DNA from: Octopus sinensis | Taxonomy: Eukaryota | Assembly: GCF_006345805.1 (NCBI RefSeq) | Contig: NW_021826714.1 | Span: 1 to 11,642, forward strand | Length of the DNA: 11,642 bases | Direction of reading: 5' to 3' | Shown here: positions 7,991-11,642 of the stretch, one piece after another | How positions within the stretch are numbered: the stretch's first letter is position 1 | Layout: each line of letters starts with the position of its first letter | The notes under the pieces: generated by a model | What the model was told of the DNA's origin: nothing | The model's input: only the letters and a program-made list of their open reading frames with translations | The model's database searches: none | Position numbers and translations under genes: made by a program

Positions 7991-8488
7991 TAGACCCTAT
8001 CCTCTGCGCATGTTAGCAGCAACGGGTTACTCTTTGAGAAAGATGCATCTGTGGTCCGAATTACGTTAAGGTCACGAGAAAAATTCTCTTCTTTTTCCAG
8101 AAATTTCAGTAAGAAAAAAACCCATTTAAATACTTCAATATATTTGAAAATTTTATTTTTAGTTTACACTTCAACCCGATAGATGCAAGTTGTGTACAGA
8201 ACAATGTATGTGTACCGGTGGACGTGTCCAGCTGTTTCAGTTTTAATATATTCTGGTCAGGATAAAAATCAACATAAATAACTAGACTTAATCTAACTTA
8301 TGTAAATATATACAAGAACAAACAACGCGCGCGCGAGTGTGTACGTATATATGTGTTTATTTATAACCTATACACATGAACAATACACAAAAATTGTGCA
8401 AATAAAATTACATACATACAAGCACACACTTATACACATTCTTATATATACGCACATAATATACGTGTACATAACATTTATACATCAA

Positions 8489-8881
8489 CTAGCAGTATCG
8501 CCCGGCGTTGCTCGGGTTTGTAAGGGAAATAACTATATAAGCATTTTTAGAGATGTAAAGTATAATAGCCATCTCAATATGGCTAACCACAAGGGGGGGG
8601 TGTTACTGTAGCTTTTTACGTTCTGAGATTTAATAATAAATTTTTAGAGAGTTACTTCCCTTATATATGCCAAAAATGCATTAAAAATGGGAAAAAATTG
8701 ATGGTAAATTTTTTTTAAATCGTAGACTCATCGTAGACGCGCGCTAAAACCCAGAAGGGCTCGATATGAATCACGACTATAAGATACACGGTTTTGGTTA
8801 AACTGCACCGCAAAATGTGGGAGTAGTTAGGAATCTAAATCGTAGGAGACAGACACACAACCTCTCTTTTATATATAAAGA
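8489..8881 (-). mobile_element. Non-autonomous Helitron, 393 bp, both termini intact
   Basis: The minus strand starts A|TCtttatatataaaag and ends ...cccgagcaacgccggg (hairpin, 8501-8516)-cgatactg-CTAG|T. It is inserted between A and T with no TSD, which is the canonical Helitron signature. Confidence 0.9.
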
Positions 8882-9263
8882 TATACATTCTTATATATAT
8901 GCGCGCGTGTGTGTGTGAGTGTGCATACACATACATAATACGTACATATACAGACATTAAGTGAGAACTGGGTGTGCTCAGTGCAGAAAACCCATAATGG
9001 TGCTCAAAAGGATTTAAGCTCAAATTCTGAATTCTTCGTCTAGGGCCCGCAGAATCAAGAATGGTTCTAAGAGAAATCCGTTCCGAGCTGCTATTCACGA
9101 AGTCAGGGAGAGAAAGACAAGCTTGAGCGAAATCTATTTCCATTCAGCAGAAAAGAGACAAGAAAATAAAAGTGCGGAATAAGACGAGAAAATGTCCGGA
9201 TTCAGGTTTTGTATTTTCTTTTCTTTTCTTATTCTGTACATTTATTCGGTATTTTTTGTGCTG

Positions 9264-9326
9264 CATACATACATACATACATACATACATACATACATAC
9301 AACATACATACATACATACATACACA

Positions 9327-9357
<31 letters not shown>

Positions 9358-9438
9358 TACATACATACATACATACATACATACATACATACATACATAC
9401 ATACATACATACATACATACATGCATACATACATACAT
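9264..9438. repeat. (TACA)n microsatellite of ~175 bp
   Basis: Read directly from the sequence. It is (TATG)n on the minus strand, directly 3' of the RTE-type tail. Confidence 0.97.
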
Positions 9439-9735
9439 GGTGGCTACCCCCTCGTTATCGAGTATGGCCATTGCACGAAGCTTAATCAATGTTGTTATCG
9501 TGCAATGCCTGTGCAAGAAGATTTTTTTTTTAATTGAGGAAAGGCTGTGCACTGAGTCAATCCCACTCACTAAGCAACAGCAGCCATAATCCGAAAAGAA
9601 GAACAAGACAACATCATCGGTAACCACTGAGCCGCAGATTTATGTCGGAGTTATCCTAGTTACCTGAGTTACCTTCTGAAAAGCTGAAAAGATTTAAAAG
9701 ACCTCGCTGGTACACGTGGGGCTTGAACTCTCGCA
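9437..9735 (-). mobile_element. SINE-like element (family 3) with an RTE-clade-like 3' tail; 5' boundary uncertain
   Basis: The minus strand ends ...gcaatggccatactcgataacgagggggtagccaccat(gtat)n, with a terminal stem-loop ctcg-ataa-cgag resembling RTE 3' ends. There is a 10-bp inverted repeat cattgcacga/tcgtgcaatg (9469-9507) and a B-box-like gttcaagccc at 9728-9719. A second copy of the tail lies at 11603-11642. Confidence 0.6.
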
Positions 9736-9741
9736 GCAGAC

Positions 9742-9918
9742 GAAGAAGAAGAAGAAGAAGAAGAAGAAGAAGAAGAAGAAGGAGAAGGAGGAGGAGGGGG
9801 AGGAGGAAGAGAGTAGGGAAGGGATGGGGAGGAGACGGTAGCAGTGGAGGAGAAGAAGGCGGTGGAAGAAGAGAAGGCGGAGGAGGGAAGGCGGAGGAGG
9901 AGGAGGCAGAGGAGAAAA
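9742..9918. repeat. (GAA)13 followed by a GGA-rich polypurine low-complexity tract
   Basis: Read directly from the sequence. Confidence 0.95.
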
Positions 9919-10577
9919 CATTTACATGGACATCACATCTGATAATGTGGGACTATTTTACGGTGATCAAAGCAGGTGTTTAGAGTGTTTGGTGGAGGTG
10001 AGACTATGTAAATTCCCTGCTAGATTTGGGACATTGCAAGGGTTGGTGAAATAAGCGAAAACGATAAGGTAAGCATTAAAATCTTGAAACATGTTCAGCG
10101 CAAATATTTGTTGGGCGCTGAATTCCCGATGCCAGATGACAGTGAAACAATGCAGGCATGATCGTGAGGACCTGATGTTCATTGTGTTTGCCCCGTACAA
10201 CAATGGAAGTGCAAAGCCTTGTCAGTGGAAACCTATGCTTGTTATTGATCTCGCGGTCGACAAATCAGAGTAAACACAGGACCATGTTGTCGGCCAATAA
10301 ACCATATTTACAATCGAGAAACCAAAGAAACGATCCAAGTTGAAGTCACTTCACAAAAAAAAAATATCCTTAGAATTGATAGATTGAACTGGTGCCAGTC
10401 TAGTTCTTCAATTGTCCTTCTGTGATGTAACGTCACCCCTCTTCCAACTTACCCCTACTGTGGGGCAAGTTGGAACCTTTTAACTTTGCTTCACAAAAAG
10501 TTGTTCCTTTGCTTGTTTTCTTTTTAGGAATCACTTTAAACTTCTGCCGGACATGTTTATTATTGTATACAAACATA

Positions 10578-10612
10578 CGCACACGCACACACACACACAC
10601 ACGCACGCACAG

Positions 10613-10644
<32 letters not shown>
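10578..10644. repeat. Compound (CA)n(GA)n microsatellite
   Basis: Read directly from the sequence. Confidence 0.93.
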
Positions 10645-10645
<1 letters not shown>

Positions 10646-10808
10646 GATGATGTGGTGGATTTATATCAATTTAGTCACATATTGAAAATAAGCGTTTTGT
10701 GACATGTGCGGCAGCTGACCCTCCCTCCACATATACTTAGGCATACATACGAGTATGTGCATATATACATATATGCATACACATACACGAATACACATAT
10801 AGGCAATA

Positions 10809-11213
10809 GGCTTAGGGGTGGATGTGTGGTAAGTAGCTTGCTTACCAACAACGTGGTTTCGGGTTCAGTCTCATTGCGTAGCACCTTGGGCAAATGTCTT
10901 CTACTATAGCCCCGGGCTGACCAAAGCCTTGTGAGTGGATTTGGTAGCTAGAAACTGAAAGAAGCCCGACGTATATATGTATATATGTATATATGTGTGT
11001 GTTTGTGTTTGCCCCATCCCACCCCACCCCCAACATCGCTTGACAACTGATGCTGGCGTGTTTACGTCCCCGAAACTTAGCGGTTCGGCAAAACAGAATG
11101 ATAGACTAGGCTTACAAAGAATAAGCCCTGGTGTCGATTTGTTCGACTAAAGGCGATGCTCCAGCATAGCCGCAGTCAAATGACTGAAACAAGTAAAAGA
11201 ATAAAAGAAAAGA
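10809..11213 (+). mobile_element. tRNA-derived SINE family 2 (~400 bp) with an internal TA/TG microsatellite
   Basis: A-box-like tggatgtgtggt, B-box-like ggttcagtctc, CORE/V-like caccttgggcaaatgtctt, internal (TA)/(TG) repeats, and the tail gctccagcat..actgaaacaagtaaaagaataaaaga. Confidence 0.85.
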
Positions 11214-11251
11214 ATATATACATATACATATGCATACATATATTGTATATA

Positions 11252-11551
11252 TTGTATGTTTTACTGTTAGTGTGGTACAGTATTCTTTCCAGTGTGTATT
11301 TAACCATGATGCATTCAGCTTGAAATCCCTTTTTTCGTTCCAAATTTTTGACCAGAATGATTGTAGATCTTCTTGGAAGGGAGGAGCTTTCTTAATGGTA
11401 ATATTTTCCTTCTTCATCTCTCTGTATAATGCTTGTGGGTTGGAAGTAAACTTGCGATTGATACTGGCTCGTTAAAAAGTTCGCATGCGATTGCGGAGTG
11501 TTCGCTCGTCGTCCTGAGTTCATGTTTTAGAGTGATTAGCTTTCCCTCAAT
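11252..11551 (-). mobile_element. Internal 300-bp fragment of the R4/Dong-like element; inverted near-copy of 5613-5916
   Basis: By eye, the reverse complement aligns to 5613-5916 with 1 substitution and about 7 small indels. It encodes IEGKLITLKHEL...MKKENITIKKAPPFQEDLQSFWSKIWNEKRDFKLNASWLN. Confidence 0.93.
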
Positions 11552-11602
11552 TATATATATATATATATATATATAATATAAAGTATATAAACATATATAT
11601 AT

Positions 11603-11642
11603 ATGGTGGCTGCCCTCGTTATCGAGTATGGCCATTGCACGA
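11603..11642 (-). mobile_element. 3' end of a second family-3/RTE-tail element, running off the right edge
   Basis: atggtggctgccctcgttatcgagtatggccattgcacga is nearly identical to 9437-9478 and abuts a (TA)n tract. Confidence 0.75.

Noticed and set aside
8436-8899. acattcttatatata repeated on both sides of the Helitron as a TSD
   Set aside because: The left copy is ~40 bp from the terminus, the sequence is low-complexity, and Helitrons do not make TSDs.
9144-9983. ORFs with MYVC/HTYI repeats and poly-Arg/poly-Phe
   Set aside because: They are translations of the (TACA)n and (GAA)n microsatellites.

Overview
This is repeat-dense eukaryotic DNA with no intact long gene. The SINE families and abundant TA/CA/TACA microsatellites are most consistent with an octopus or other coleoid cephalopod genome (recognised from memory, not from a database search). 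It contains a CR1-like LINE 3' end, three pieces of an R4/Dong-like non-LTR retrotransposon whose 5' junctions all abut TA/CA/TACA microsatellites, three copies of one tRNA-derived SINE (two with clear target-site duplications), a second SINE family, two RTE-type 3' tails, a complete 393-bp non-autonomous Helitron, a perfect 19-bp minisatellite and two long hairpins. A probable host gene on the + strand is suggested by a Pro/Ser-rich exon (ATG 1157 to donor 1293) and a 33-nt microexon (1654-1686), so most of the window may be intronic. Most ORF-track entries are microsatellite artefacts. I cannot support a complete novel system. The best leads are microsatellite-targeted stacking of Dong elements, a 300-bp inverted Dong copy with an identical 5' breakpoint, and a microexon bracketed by complementary (GT)n/(CA)n tracts.
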